From NCBI RefSeq assembly GCF_000146505.1, contig NC_017448.1, positions 2,700,001-2,732,000 of the forward strand: a DNA stretch of 32,000 nucleotides, given 5' to 3'. Below are positions 9,750 to 19,147 of the stretch, piece after piece. The stretch is from Fibrobacter succinogenes subsp. succinogenes S85 (lineage in GTDB: Bacteria; Fibrobacterota; Fibrobacteria; Fibrobacterales; Fibrobacteraceae). The translations under genes were made by a program, and so were the position numbers. Under the pieces are notes generated by a model. The model ran no database searches and had not been told where the DNA came from. It saw only the letters and a list, made by a program, of their open reading frames with translations. Every line of letters starts with the position of its first letter. The stretch's first letter is position 1.

Positions 9750-10736
9750 ATGCCTGATGCTTTAGATGCAAACTTAAAAGAGGTGCTGACTGATTTGATG
9801 ATGCAAATTGGTCAGACTCGACAGAAGATTGTTCGCCAGTTTGCTGGTGACTTCTACTTCTTTTCAAATTTCACTCAGATGGGCGTTGCAATCGCTTTCC
9901 GTAATGATGCGAATGCGTTTGTTCGTCAACTGAAGACGTTTTCTTTAGCACGTAGTGCTGAACTGCAAACGACGAATGGCTTGTTGCCTGGTCCGTTTTT
10001 GACATTGTCTATTAATCCGCAGGAATTTGACTTTGAAAACTCACTTTCTGTTGGAATTTTCGTTGATTTGATGATTCGCTTTGTTGATGCTGAATATAGG
10101 GAAAAGTTTACAACGGATCCCGATATTTGTTATACGATTCTAGCGGACTTGCTTGGCAATACGTTTAAAGAAACTTCGCCGTATGCAGTACTTGCTGAAG
10201 TACAAATGCTGCGGATGCTTAATAGTCAGTGGTTGATTCATTCTGTTCGGGAAAATTGGCCTGGGCCGGATGGAAATGTCCATGATTTTGAACTTGAAAA
10301 CTGCAGCGTAGAGGTTAAGTCGACTTTGCATGCAAAGGATCGACCAGAACTTGTTATTTCATCTCAACACCAGCTGCAAAGGACTGGGGATAAGCCTCTT
10401 TATGTAGCCTTGTTCCAGTATGAAAATACGGGCGATTTATCTATTGGTGAAGAAGTCGCTAGATACGAATCTCCCAAGATAGAATACAATGCTCTTGTTA
10501 ATAAATTGAAGGACAAGGGAATTGTTGAGGGGTCGCTTTCGTGGCAAAAACAGTATCATTGGATTGAAAATCCTCGTTTTTATGAAGTGACGGATGATTT
10601 CCCAAGAATTACTGAGGACATGTTCGTAAACAATCAGTTCCCGCAAGATATAACCAAGATTATTTATCATGTGGATTTGAGAAACCAACGTGCTTACACG
10701 TTTGAAGAATTTCTAAAAAGAATTTCAAATAATTAG
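9750..10736 (+). CDS. PD-(D/E)xK nuclease-motif protein (DUF4420-like partner of Z1 proteins)
   Basis: A 328-aa protein with VHDFELENCSVEVKST, which gives a D...E.K core. The start codon is 2 nt after the Z1 stop, suggesting translational coupling. Confidence 0.55.
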   Translation: MPDALDANLKEVLTDLMMQIGQTRQKIVRQFAGDFYFFSNFTQMGVAIAFRNDANAFVRQLKTFSLARSAELQTTNGLLPGPFLTLSINPQEFDFENSLSVGIFVDLMIRFVDAEYREKFTTDPDICYTILADLLGNTFKETSPYAVLAEVQMLRMLNSQWLIHSVRENWPGPDGNVHDFELENCSVEVKSTLHAKDRPELVISSQHQLQRTGDKPLYVALFQYENTGDLSIGEEVARYESPKIEYNALVNKLKDKGIVEGSLSWQKQYHWIENPRFYEVTDDFPRITEDMFVNNQFPQDITKIIYHVDLRNQRAYTFEEFLKRISNN

Positions 10737-10744
10737 GAGAAAAT

Positions 10745-12391
10745 ATGGCTGGTCAAAAATTGGAACTTACATGGGTTGGCAAAAATAAACCGGTAAAGCT
10801 GGAACCGCGTTTGTTGCTGGAAGTGCCTGAAAAGTCCTATTGTGCGAAAACAAAGCGCGAAGGCGATATTTTTGATAATATGCTTATTCATGGTGATAAC
10901 TTGCTTGCATTAAAAGCTTTGGAAAGTAAGTTCACCGGACAAGTGAAGTGTGTGTATATTGATCCTCCGTATAATACGGGGTCTGCTTTTAAACATTATG
11001 ATGATTGTTTGGAACATTCTACTTGGCTGAATTTGATGCGAGCTCGTTTAGAGTCTATTTTTAAATTGTTAAAAAAGGAAGGTGTCTTATTTATTTCCAT
11101 AGATGATGACGAATGTCATTATTTGAAAATATTATGCGATGAAGTGTTTGGCCGAGAAAATTTTTGTGGTTCATTTGTTTGGGAAAGAAAAAAGAAACCG
11201 TCATTTCTGAGTAATATGGGCGTTGTGACGGAATATATTCTTGCTTATGCTAAAGAGAAGAAAAGTAGTCCTCCATTTATTTATGGAACAACAACTAAAG
11301 GGAAAAAATATCCTATTAACAATGCAGGAAATACTTTAGCTACTTTGACATTCCCTGCTGGAAGTGTGTCTTTCAGAATGGTTGATCAGGTTGTAGTTGC
11401 TCAGGATATGTCTGGTGGAAATATCGTTACACGTTTGCTTAATGATGTGATTATCAAAAATGGTGTAAATGAAAATCAATTCTCTCTTGAGGGTGAATGG
11501 CGTTATTCTCAAGACACAATAAATGAGATTATTGATTCTGGTGAGCAAATTGTTATTAGTAAAGTTCCTTTCCGCCCTAATCATGTGAAAGATGGTGGAA
11601 AACCTAAAAAAATGAAAAACTTGTTAAGTGTTGCCCACTATAGTATGGCGACTAATGAAGATGCTACTGCGGAAAGCGAAGCGCTTTTTGGCAATATGGA
11701 CGCTTTTGACAACCCAAAGCCAGAAATGTTGATTTCAACATTAATTGATGCTGTGACAGAAAAGGGCGATTTGGTTCTTGATTCTTTCCTTGGGTCTGGA
11801 ACGACTGCTGCTGTAGCTCATAAAATGGGACGACGATGGATTGGTGTTGAATTGGGTGATCACTGTTATTCACATTGTATTTCTAGATTGCAAAAAGTGA
11901 TTGATGGCAATGATATGGGAGGTGTAAGTAAATCTTATGATTGGCAAGGTGGCGGCGGCTTCCGTTTTTATGAATTGGCTCCATCCCTCATCAAAAAAGA
12001 TGAGTATGGAATAGAGGTCATTGATAGGGAACATTTTGATGGTGCGCGCCTTATTGAAGCTGTCTGCAAAATTATGGGTTTTGAATATGCTCCGAGTCAA
12101 GATGAATACTTTATCCATGGACAGAGTACTGAAAATGCGTTTATTTATGTGACGACGAACTTTATGACTACAGAGCATATTCGTTCCATTAGTCAAAAAT
12201 TGGGTGATCGTCATTTAAGCATTCTCTGCAAAGCATTTGATGCCGTTCCTGCAGATTGTGAAAATATCACCATTTCTAAGATTCCCAAAGAGATTCTTGA
12301 CAAGTGCGAATGGGGCCATGATGATTATAGCCTTAATGTTAAAAATCTGCCCATGTCAGAAACTGAATCGGAACCTTCTTTGAATTTGTAG
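10745..12391 (+). CDS. mod: Site-specific DNA methyltransferase, beta-class N6A/N4C (Type III Mod-like)
   Basis: Motif IV VYIDPPYNTG lies near the N-terminus and motif I VLDSFLGSGTTAAVA near the C-terminus, with a variable region between them. SD aggag is upstream. Confidence 0.85.
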   Translation: MAGQKLELTWVGKNKPVKLEPRLLLEVPEKSYCAKTKREGDIFDNMLIHGDNLLALKALESKFTGQVKCVYIDPPYNTGSAFKHYDDCLEHSTWLNLMRARLESIFKLLKKEGVLFISIDDDECHYLKILCDEVFGRENFCGSFVWERKKKPSFLSNMGVVTEYILAYAKEKKSSPPFIYGTTTKGKKYPINNAGNTLATLTFPAGSVSFRMVDQVVVAQDMSGGNIVTRLLNDVIIKNGVNENQFSLEGEWRYSQDTINEIIDSGEQIVISKVPFRPNHVKDGGKPKKMKNLLSVAHYSMATNEDATAESEALFGNMDAFDNPKPEMLISTLIDAVTEKGDLVLDSFLGSGTTAAVAHKMGRRWIGVELGDHCYSHCISRLQKVIDGNDMGGVSKSYDWQGGGGFRFYELAPSLIKKDEYGIEVIDREHFDGARLIEAVCKIMGFEYAPSQDEYFIHGQSTENAFIYVTTNFMTTEHIRSISQKLGDRHLSILCKAFDAVPADCENITISKIPKEILDKCEWGHDDYSLNVKNLPMSETESEPSLNL

Positions 12392-12402
12392 GAGCATTTA
12401 AA

Positions 12403-15084
12403 ATGAAGCTTGTTGATAGTATTTCTAAGTGCTTGAGCCTTCGCAAACCGCAGAAGGTTGCTCTCGAACACCTTTCCGCTGTTGTAGAAAAATTTGCAGA
12501 AGCCAATCTTTTGAAAAAAGATGCCGATATTGCGGAACAATTGAAAATCGTTCAACAATATCAACAGTCTGCTAATTTGACTCCAATGTCAAATTTTGAT
12601 CATAGTTTTAGTTCAATGACATTTGACATGGCTACAGGCGTGGGTAAAACACGTTTGATGGGGGCTTTCATTGCCTACTTGTATAAAAAGTTTGGTTTAA
12701 AGAATTATTTGATTGTTGCTCCAAATACCACGATTTACGAAAAACTTATTGCTGATTTTACTTCTGGTTTTGATAATAAAAAATATGTTTTTCGAGGCCT
12801 TGATCCTTTGGGATGGCCGTCGCATCGAATTATTACAGGGGACAACTATAATAGCGTTGCTGCGGGGACTGATGTTCTTTATGATGTAACTCCTATTACA
12901 GTAAATATTTTCAATATAGCCAAGTTGACGGAAAAGCAAAGTGCAAAAGAAAATCATTTAGATAAATCGGATGCCGCTGCTGCTCTTCCCCGAGTTCGTC
13001 GAATTTCAGAATTTTTGGGTGATAGTTACTTCAATATTCTTTTGAAAAAAGAAGATTTGGTAGTGATTATGGATGAAGCCCATCATTATAGGGCGAAAGC
13101 CGGATATAGCGCCATAGATGAACTTCATCCTGTTCTCGGTTTGGAACTGACGGCTACTCCAACTAATCAAACTAGGAATATCCTATATTCTTATGATTTA
13201 CCGCAGGCAATGCATGATGGCTTTGTCAAGGTTCCTGCTGTTGCTTGTCGCCGCAACTTCAATCCTGCTAATTTCACTCCAGAGGAATTGGAACACTTAA
13301 AACTGAAAGAAGCTGATTTAATTCATTCAAATAAAAAGGTAGCCTTGAAGGATTATGAGTTTAATCATGGCTTGAAACAAAATGTTAAACCATTTATATT
13401 CGTAATCTCTAAAGATATCGCCCATGCTAAGCAGATTGAGGAATACACTCAGTCGAAAGATTTTTGTAATGGCAAATATAAAGATAAGGTTCTGCGCATA
13501 GATAGCTCTTCAAGTGATGAAGAAATAAAAAAACTGTTGATGCTTGAACATCCCTTGAATCCGTATGAAATTGTGATTCATTGCAACAAGCTGGGTGAAG
13601 GATGGGATGTTACGAATCTTTATACGATTGTACCTTTGCGTGCTGCGAATGAGCTGCATTTGATTATGCAGTCCATTGGACGTGGGTTACGATTGCCGTA
13701 TGGCAAGCGTGTTGGGGATAAGGATGTCGACCAGGTAGTCGTTATCTCGCATGATAACTTCGATAAAGTTATTGAAGAAGCGAAGAAGAAAATGGGCGTT
13801 TTGGAAACGATTGATCTTGGTCCTGGAACTCCAGAAGAGGCTGGCAGTGGTGTTCCGCGTAAAGTCCAGATAACGATGAAACCCAAAACAGAAATGCTAG
13901 TTGCTCCGGTTTCGGCTGGTGCTCCTGCTACGGAAGATTCTGCTCCGTCAATAAACGTTCCTCAACCGAGTTCTGTAAATACGCCTGAAGTTGCGGCAGG
14001 TAAGATTCTTACCCAAATGGACGAGGATGCTGGCAAAGGCTTAAAGCCAAACCTGAATAATCCTGTATACGTGCAAACGACAAAAGATTCTTTGGCTGAG
14101 CAAGGTGTATCTGAAAATGTTGCGGAACAAGGCGTTGAAATTGTAAAACATGTGACGATTGATATTCCTCGAATCACATTGACTCCAAAATTTGCTGTAA
14201 CATGCAATCTTGATGAATTTACTTTTGATGGTTCTGAAATAAAGAAGCTTCAGCCTATAGACAATCAATTGTTGATTCAAACAGTATTGGCTCAGAAGCC
14301 TTCTCGTTATATACTGAAGGTTGTGGAAAATGGGGACTCCTTCGATGCAAATGATTTTGTAACCCATTTGATGCAGGAATTGTCTCATGTGGATGGTATT
14401 GATTATGATAGTAGTTCGAAAGTTGTCTATGATGTTGCAAATCAGGTCAAGGATATTCTTTTGCAATGCGATAGAGCTTGGAATATTGTAGCTAATTATT
14501 TCAATCGCATATGTGAAATGGTAAAGAGGCAACTTTTGGCTCATCGAACTGTTGGTAATTTGGAGTATGAAACTCGTGTAGAACCGGGATATGTCAAATT
14601 GCAAATTATTAGCGGAACCATCAATGAAGGTGAAAAAATCCGTGATTTCAGGGACGATAAATTTGTAAAAAGTCAAATTAAGTCTATGGCATTTAATGGA
14701 TTTGAAAAATGCCTTTATGATGTCCAAAAATTTGATAGCGATCCGGAACGCAAGTTGATGGTTGGATTGGAATCTGATGAGACGTTGCAGAAGTGGTTCC
14801 GTGCAACACAAACTACATTCCGTATTCCGTATGGTGCTGATGGGTCTTGCTACACTCCAGATATCATTATGGAAACCGCAAATGAAAAAATCATGTGTGA
14901 AGTCAAGGCCGCTAATAAAATGAAGGATGAAGAGGTCCTTCAAAAAGCGGCTGCCGGAAAAATCTGGTGTGAACGTGCCTCAACGGAAGATTCTAAGCCG
15001 TGGAAGTACGTCTTGATTTCTGAAGAAGAAATTAACCAAAGATTGTCACTAGATATAAGTGGTTTGCTTGCGTTGGGGACGTAA
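12403..15084 (+). CDS. res: Type III restriction Res-like SF2 helicase-nuclease
   Basis: Motifs: ATGVGKT (I), MDEAHHY (II), TATP (III), QSIGRGLRL (VI) and a C-terminal PD...E.K motif (YTPDIIMETANEKIMCEVKA). The start is 11 nt after the mod stop. Confidence 0.85.
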   Translation: MKLVDSISKCLSLRKPQKVALEHLSAVVEKFAEANLLKKDADIAEQLKIVQQYQQSANLTPMSNFDHSFSSMTFDMATGVGKTRLMGAFIAYLYKKFGLKNYLIVAPNTTIYEKLIADFTSGFDNKKYVFRGLDPLGWPSHRIITGDNYNSVAAGTDVLYDVTPITVNIFNIAKLTEKQSAKENHLDKSDAAAALPRVRRISEFLGDSYFNILLKKEDLVVIMDEAHHYRAKAGYSAIDELHPVLGLELTATPTNQTRNILYSYDLPQAMHDGFVKVPAVACRRNFNPANFTPEELEHLKLKEADLIHSNKKVALKDYEFNHGLKQNVKPFIFVISKDIAHAKQIEEYTQSKDFCNGKYKDKVLRIDSSSSDEEIKKLLMLEHPLNPYEIVIHCNKLGEGWDVTNLYTIVPLRAANELHLIMQSIGRGLRLPYGKRVGDKDVDQVVVISHDNFDKVIEEAKKKMGVLETIDLGPGTPEEAGSGVPRKVQITMKPKTEMLVAPVSAGAPATEDSAPSINVPQPSSVNTPEVAAGKILTQMDEDAGKGLKPNLNNPVYVQTTKDSLAEQGVSENVAEQGVEIVKHVTIDIPRITLTPKFAVTCNLDEFTFDGSEIKKLQPIDNQLLIQTVLAQKPSRYILKVVENGDSFDANDFVTHLMQELSHVDGIDYDSSSKVVYDVANQVKDILLQCDRAWNIVANYFNRICEMVKRQLLAHRTVGNLEYETRVEPGYVKLQIISGTINEGEKIRDFRDDKFVKSQIKSMAFNGFEKCLYDVQKFDSDPERKLMVGLESDETLQKWFRATQTTFRIPYGADGSCYTPDIIMETANEKIMCEVKAANKMKDEEVLQKAAAGKIWCERASTEDSKPWKYVLISEEEINQRLSLDISGLLALGT

Positions 15085-15101
15085 GCTTATATTTCCTTGG
15101 T

Positions 15102-15130
15102 AAAGGGCTCCGCTTTGAGCGGAGCCCTTT
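15102..15130 (+). terminator. Strong rho-independent terminator closing the restriction-type operon
   Basis: A 12-bp GC-rich stem, aaagggctccgc-tttga-gcggagcccttt, lies 18 nt after the res stop. Confidence 0.8.
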
Positions 15131-15283
15131 GGCTATTGAGCTTTTTTGGCTACTTATTTTTATATTAAATTTGTTGCGGGCATTAGTCTACAATAGAAAA
15201 CACTTGGATTTTAGACCTATACGAAATGCCTCTCATTATTGGGTTGACTTGCCAATAAAATAGATGAAAAAAAAGGATTTTTT

Positions 15284-17521
15284 ATGAGTGAACAAAATCT
15301 GAATGAGTTAAGTGAAATTGGTAAGTGCCGTTTGCATTTTCCTTTTTTGCACCCGAAGAAAAGGGAAGAAATGGTTTCGCTGTATTGTTCAGAACGCAGC
15401 GAACTTAGCAATGATGTCGACGCGGATATTAAGAAACGCGTTTTGGAGGCATACAAGGGCTTTAAAATAGAAGGCTCTATTCATAGCGTAGAAGTTGGCC
15501 CTGTTGTTATGCGCGTAAATTTTGTTCCTGCCCCAGATGTGACGAATGAACGTGTTGCGAATAAGGCGAGTGATTTGGCTCGATTATTGAAGGTGAAAAG
15601 CGTTTGCGTCACTTCCAATAACTCCGTAGGGGCGATGGCGATAGACATCCCATGTAGAACGCGTAAAAATGTGTTGCCTGGAAATTTGTTGGATATTGAT
15701 CATTCCGATAAAGTTTTACCCATAGATCTAGGCGTAGATGTTGTTGGAATGGGTATTTGCGTTGATTTATGCAAGGCTCCGCATATTCTTGTTGCTGGTA
15801 CCACTGGTAGCGGCAAAAGTGCTTTTATTAACGCAATTATTGCAAGTCTTTTGCGTAATGTAAGTGAAACCGATTATAGTTTGATGCTGATAGACCCCAA
15901 GCGTGTTGAATTGGCGTGTTTTAAGGATTTGCCAAATGTGATAAATAAGAAAGTTCTGGATAAGTCGGAGGATATTCTTCAGGGCTTAGATTGGCTCCAT
16001 CGCGAAATGGAACGTCGATATGAACTGCTTGCTAATGTTGGTGTAAAAGATATTAAAAAATTTAATGAAAAGGTTATTTCTGGAGATAAATCATTCTATA
16101 GTAAAGTTGGCGTCTCCGATTTGCATAGAATGCGGTATATAGTGTGTATTATTGATGAATTTGCAGACCTTGTACTTAATAATGAAAAAGAGCAAAAAAG
16201 AGAATTTGAAAAGCATGTCCAAAGTTTGGCGCAAAAGGGGCGTGCTGCAGGCATTCATTTAGTTCTTGCTACGCAAACTCCGAGAAGTGATGTAATTTCG
16301 GGTGTTATAAAAGCTAATGTTCCGATGAAAGTTGCTTTTCGTGTATCTAACGTTGTTGATAGTAGGGTTGTTTTAGATGAAGCCGGTGCAGAAGGTTTGC
16401 TTGGGTCGGGTGATATGCTGGTTGACTATAGTGGTTGGGGCGGTTTAAAGCGCTTGCATGGAGTGTGGTATGACGATGAGACTGTAATTGAAAAGATGGT
16501 TGCCTTTATAAAATCAAATTCTATCGATATGCAACATGAAATGGTCTCTTTTGATACAGGTACATGTCGCCAGTCGATTACTGAAATTCCAGAAGGAGTT
16601 TTTACAGCATCTTTTGATGGTGTTATGGAATTGGCTGAATATATTGATGAAAAATTGTCTGCTGGAGGGCAGTTAGTTGAACTAGCTCGCAAAAAAATGA
16701 GTAATGTCGCTTGTCCTGTGACTCGATTTAAATCGGGCTGGGATGAGTCTGCTTTTTTTGAATTGGAACGAAATCAAGTCGTTTGTTTGACAAACGGGAA
16801 AGATTGTGTTGTAAAAAGGAAATGGAAGTCTGAAAAGGACTACGATGTATATGAGGTTGTTTACGAAAATAGGCGTTATGCCTTAAGATGGTTTGCTGGC
16901 AAACCATCAAAGAATCAAATGGAAAAATTGCAGTATTTGTTGGATGTCCCCTTGTCAGAAAATTTTATTCGTCCTCTGGCGATTTCCTATTCTATGGCTA
17001 ATGGATATGGCTATTTAATATTTAAGAATTTTGTTGATGCTAGTAAATTACAAGAATTTGATTCTTTTGACATTCCGTCATTTCTAAGTATGTGTTTGCA
17101 AATAGCATCGTCTTTTGAAGAATTGCATAAGAATGGACTTTGCTTTTCTAATTATGGAGAATCTGATGTTTTGGTTGATTCAAATGATGGACGCGTTTTG
17201 ATTGATGTGTGTGAAAATTTGACAAGAATGGAGAAAACAGATGTCTCTGTCGCTGTTCAGGGACGGTATCTTGCTCCAGAACTTTTGGAAGGTTCTCATG
17301 TTCCTGACTGCTATACAGACTATTATCTGTTGGCTTGTATTTTGTCTAGCTTAAAAAGTAACTTGGATGATGTTGATGAAGTCATTAATTTCCCAGTGGA
17401 TTTGGATAATGTTTTTTCAAAATCGCTTAGTTCTGAAATGAAAATGAATCGTGAATTAAGAATGAAGGATAAAGAATGGATTGATTTATTCAATTACATG
17501 CGCGATAATTATCTGGTTTAA
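15284..17521 (+). CDS. Soluble FtsK/SpoIIIE-like ATPase fused to a C-terminal Hanks-kinase-like (probably degenerate) domain
   Basis: FtsK motifs: VEVGPVVMRVNFVPAPDV, AGTTGSGKS (aa 171-179, nt 15794-15820), IVCIIDEFADL (aa 286-296), LVLATQTPR and GSGDML. The C-terminal part (about aa 500-700, nt about 16781-17383) has RRYALRWF, LHKNGLCFSNYGESDVLV, LIDVCENL and RYLAPELLEG. I see no N-terminal TM helices. Confidence 0.7.
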   Translation: MSEQNLNELSEIGKCRLHFPFLHPKKREEMVSLYCSERSELSNDVDADIKKRVLEAYKGFKIEGSIHSVEVGPVVMRVNFVPAPDVTNERVANKASDLARLLKVKSVCVTSNNSVGAMAIDIPCRTRKNVLPGNLLDIDHSDKVLPIDLGVDVVGMGICVDLCKAPHILVAGTTGSGKSAFINAIIASLLRNVSETDYSLMLIDPKRVELACFKDLPNVINKKVLDKSEDILQGLDWLHREMERRYELLANVGVKDIKKFNEKVISGDKSFYSKVGVSDLHRMRYIVCIIDEFADLVLNNEKEQKREFEKHVQSLAQKGRAAGIHLVLATQTPRSDVISGVIKANVPMKVAFRVSNVVDSRVVLDEAGAEGLLGSGDMLVDYSGWGGLKRLHGVWYDDETVIEKMVAFIKSNSIDMQHEMVSFDTGTCRQSITEIPEGVFTASFDGVMELAEYIDEKLSAGGQLVELARKKMSNVACPVTRFKSGWDESAFFELERNQVVCLTNGKDCVVKRKWKSEKDYDVYEVVYENRRYALRWFAGKPSKNQMEKLQYLLDVPLSENFIRPLAISYSMANGYGYLIFKNFVDASKLQEFDSFDIPSFLSMCLQIASSFEELHKNGLCFSNYGESDVLVDSNDGRVLIDVCENLTRMEKTDVSVAVQGRYLAPELLEGSHVPDCYTDYYLLACILSSLKSNLDDVDEVINFPVDLDNVFSKSLSSEMKMNRELRMKDKEWIDLFNYMRDNYLV

Positions 17522-17587
17522 AATGATTTCTTATATTTATTCTATAAATCTAAAAAAGTGTAAATAACCAAATAGAAAGGTGTGTAG

Positions 17588-19036
17588 ATGACTGAAATTT
17601 ACGGTATCGACTTGGGTACGACATATTCGTGTATTGCGGAAATTAATTCGATAACGAAATTGCCTTCGGTTATCAAGAATCAAGACGATTTGGCGACAAC
17701 TCCATCAATTGTATTCTTTGATGAAAATGATGCGCCACTAGTTGGCGGTGAGGCAAAACGCTATATGGCTTCGGATCCAAGCCGTGCGGTTGCGTTCATC
17801 AAACGTGAAATGTCGAATCCCACGTTTCGGATGGAAATAGGTTGCAACGAAATCACACCCGTGAAAATATCCGCAATGATATTGAAAAAGCTTGTGGATG
17901 ATGCGAACATCAACCGAAAATTCAGGGGAAAGCCTCCCATAAAGGATGTTGTGATAACTGTTCCTGCTTATTTTGGCAACAATGAAAGAGAGTTAACTCG
18001 CCAAGCCGGGATTATCGCTGGATTAAATGTTTTGGGTTTGCTAAACGAGCCTACAGCGGCTGCTCTGTATTATGGCTCTAGAGGTAATGTTTTCAATGAA
18101 AAAACGTTCATGGTCTATGATTTAGGCGGCGGAACGTTTGATGTCAGCATCATGCGGATGCATAACAATGTGCTTGAAACATTATCTACAGACGGCGACC
18201 ATCATCTTGGCGGTGTTGATTGGGATGCAGCCATTGTTGATTACGCGTTGAAAGTTGTTTGCGGCGAAAGCGGTGTGACGTATGAAGATATAAAACATAC
18301 GCGTGATGGCGGCGACATGATTATGAATGCAGAAAAATGTAAAAAAATGTTGTCTGAAAGTGATCGTGCTCCGCTTCGATTTAGGTACAAAGGCCGCATG
18401 TATATGCACGAAATGAGACGATCTACATTTGAGAATTTGACAGCTGGTTTGTTGAAAAAAACGATTGATTCCATTCGCAATGCGATAAAGATTTCCAAGG
18501 ACCCCAATGCGAAAATTGACATGATTTTCTTAGTTGGCGGTTCTTCCTATATGCCTATGGTCAAGGAACGTCTTTATATGGAATTTCCTAGAGTGAGCAT
18601 TTTCTTGGAACAGTTTGAACCAGATTTGGCTGTAGCCAAAGGTGCGGCTATCCAAGCATTCAATATCGCGAATCCGCAAAGCGCCCCAGCTGCTGGTGTG
18701 AAAATAGGCACGGATTTGTCTAGCCGCTCGTATGGTGCGGGCTGTATGCGAACAGGAACTGATGAACACATAATTGATAATCTTATTTTGCGTACAGATC
18801 CGATGGTTTATGAAGGAACTTGTCGCCATTATACAAGAAATGACAATCAAACCTCAACGTCGGTTTCTATTTACGAAAATAAAACAGTTGAGAAAGAACT
18901 TTCTGTCAATGATGGTGTCCTGGTTCAAAGACAAAGAATAGAATGGGGATATCCGGTTCCTAAGGGAACGCCGGTAGATTATACTATAAGGAGGGGGTTA
19001 GATGGTATAATCCACATTGAAGCAATGTGTGAATGA
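17588..19036 (+). CDS. Hsp70/DnaK-family ATPase, short form (482 aa; possible 30-codon extension to 19129 past an in-frame TGA)
   Basis: Motifs: GIDLGTTYSC, VITVPAYFGNNER, LLNEPTAAALYYG, YDLGGGTFDVSI, LVGGSSYMPMVK and PDLAVAKGAAIQA. Only about 100 aa follow the nucleotide-binding domain. Confidence 0.85.
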   Translation: MTEIYGIDLGTTYSCIAEINSITKLPSVIKNQDDLATTPSIVFFDENDAPLVGGEAKRYMASDPSRAVAFIKREMSNPTFRMEIGCNEITPVKISAMILKKLVDDANINRKFRGKPPIKDVVITVPAYFGNNERELTRQAGIIAGLNVLGLLNEPTAAALYYGSRGNVFNEKTFMVYDLGGGTFDVSIMRMHNNVLETLSTDGDHHLGGVDWDAAIVDYALKVVCGESGVTYEDIKHTRDGGDMIMNAEKCKKMLSESDRAPLRFRYKGRMYMHEMRRSTFENLTAGLLKKTIDSIRNAIKISKDPNAKIDMIFLVGGSSYMPMVKERLYMEFPRVSIFLEQFEPDLAVAKGAAIQAFNIANPQSAPAAGVKIGTDLSSRSYGAGCMRTGTDEHIIDNLILRTDPMVYEGTCRHYTRNDNQTSTSVSIYENKTVEKELSVNDGVLVQRQRIEWGYPVPKGTPVDYTIRRGLDGIIHIEAMCE

Positions 19037-19147
19037 AAAAAGGTTTTTTTCGAAATAAAGCCTGAAGGTGGGGTGAGTCTCGAAGAAATGGAATCTTTGA
19101 AACAAGAAATTGCGTCGTACAACCTTTAATTTAAAAAAGAATAGACC

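Noticed and set aside
14041-14943. 300-aa minus-strand ORF inside res
   Set aside because: It is an AT-rich antisense ORF with Ile/Phe/Asn-biased low-complexity translation. The plus frame is continuous with the Res helicase and nuclease motifs.
15284-15460. Possible J-domain at the N-terminus of the FtsK-like protein, to complete an Hsp70 system
   Set aside because: The only candidate tripeptide is HPK (in FLHPKKREEM), not HPD, and the surrounding sequence does not resemble J-domain helices II and III.
19034-19090. TGA in the Hsp70 gene as a selenocysteine codon
   Set aside because: I could not find a convincing SECIS-type stem-loop in the 40-50 nt after the TGA, only a weak A6/T7 pairing. 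Nothing about an Hsp70 C-terminus suggests a redox-active residue.
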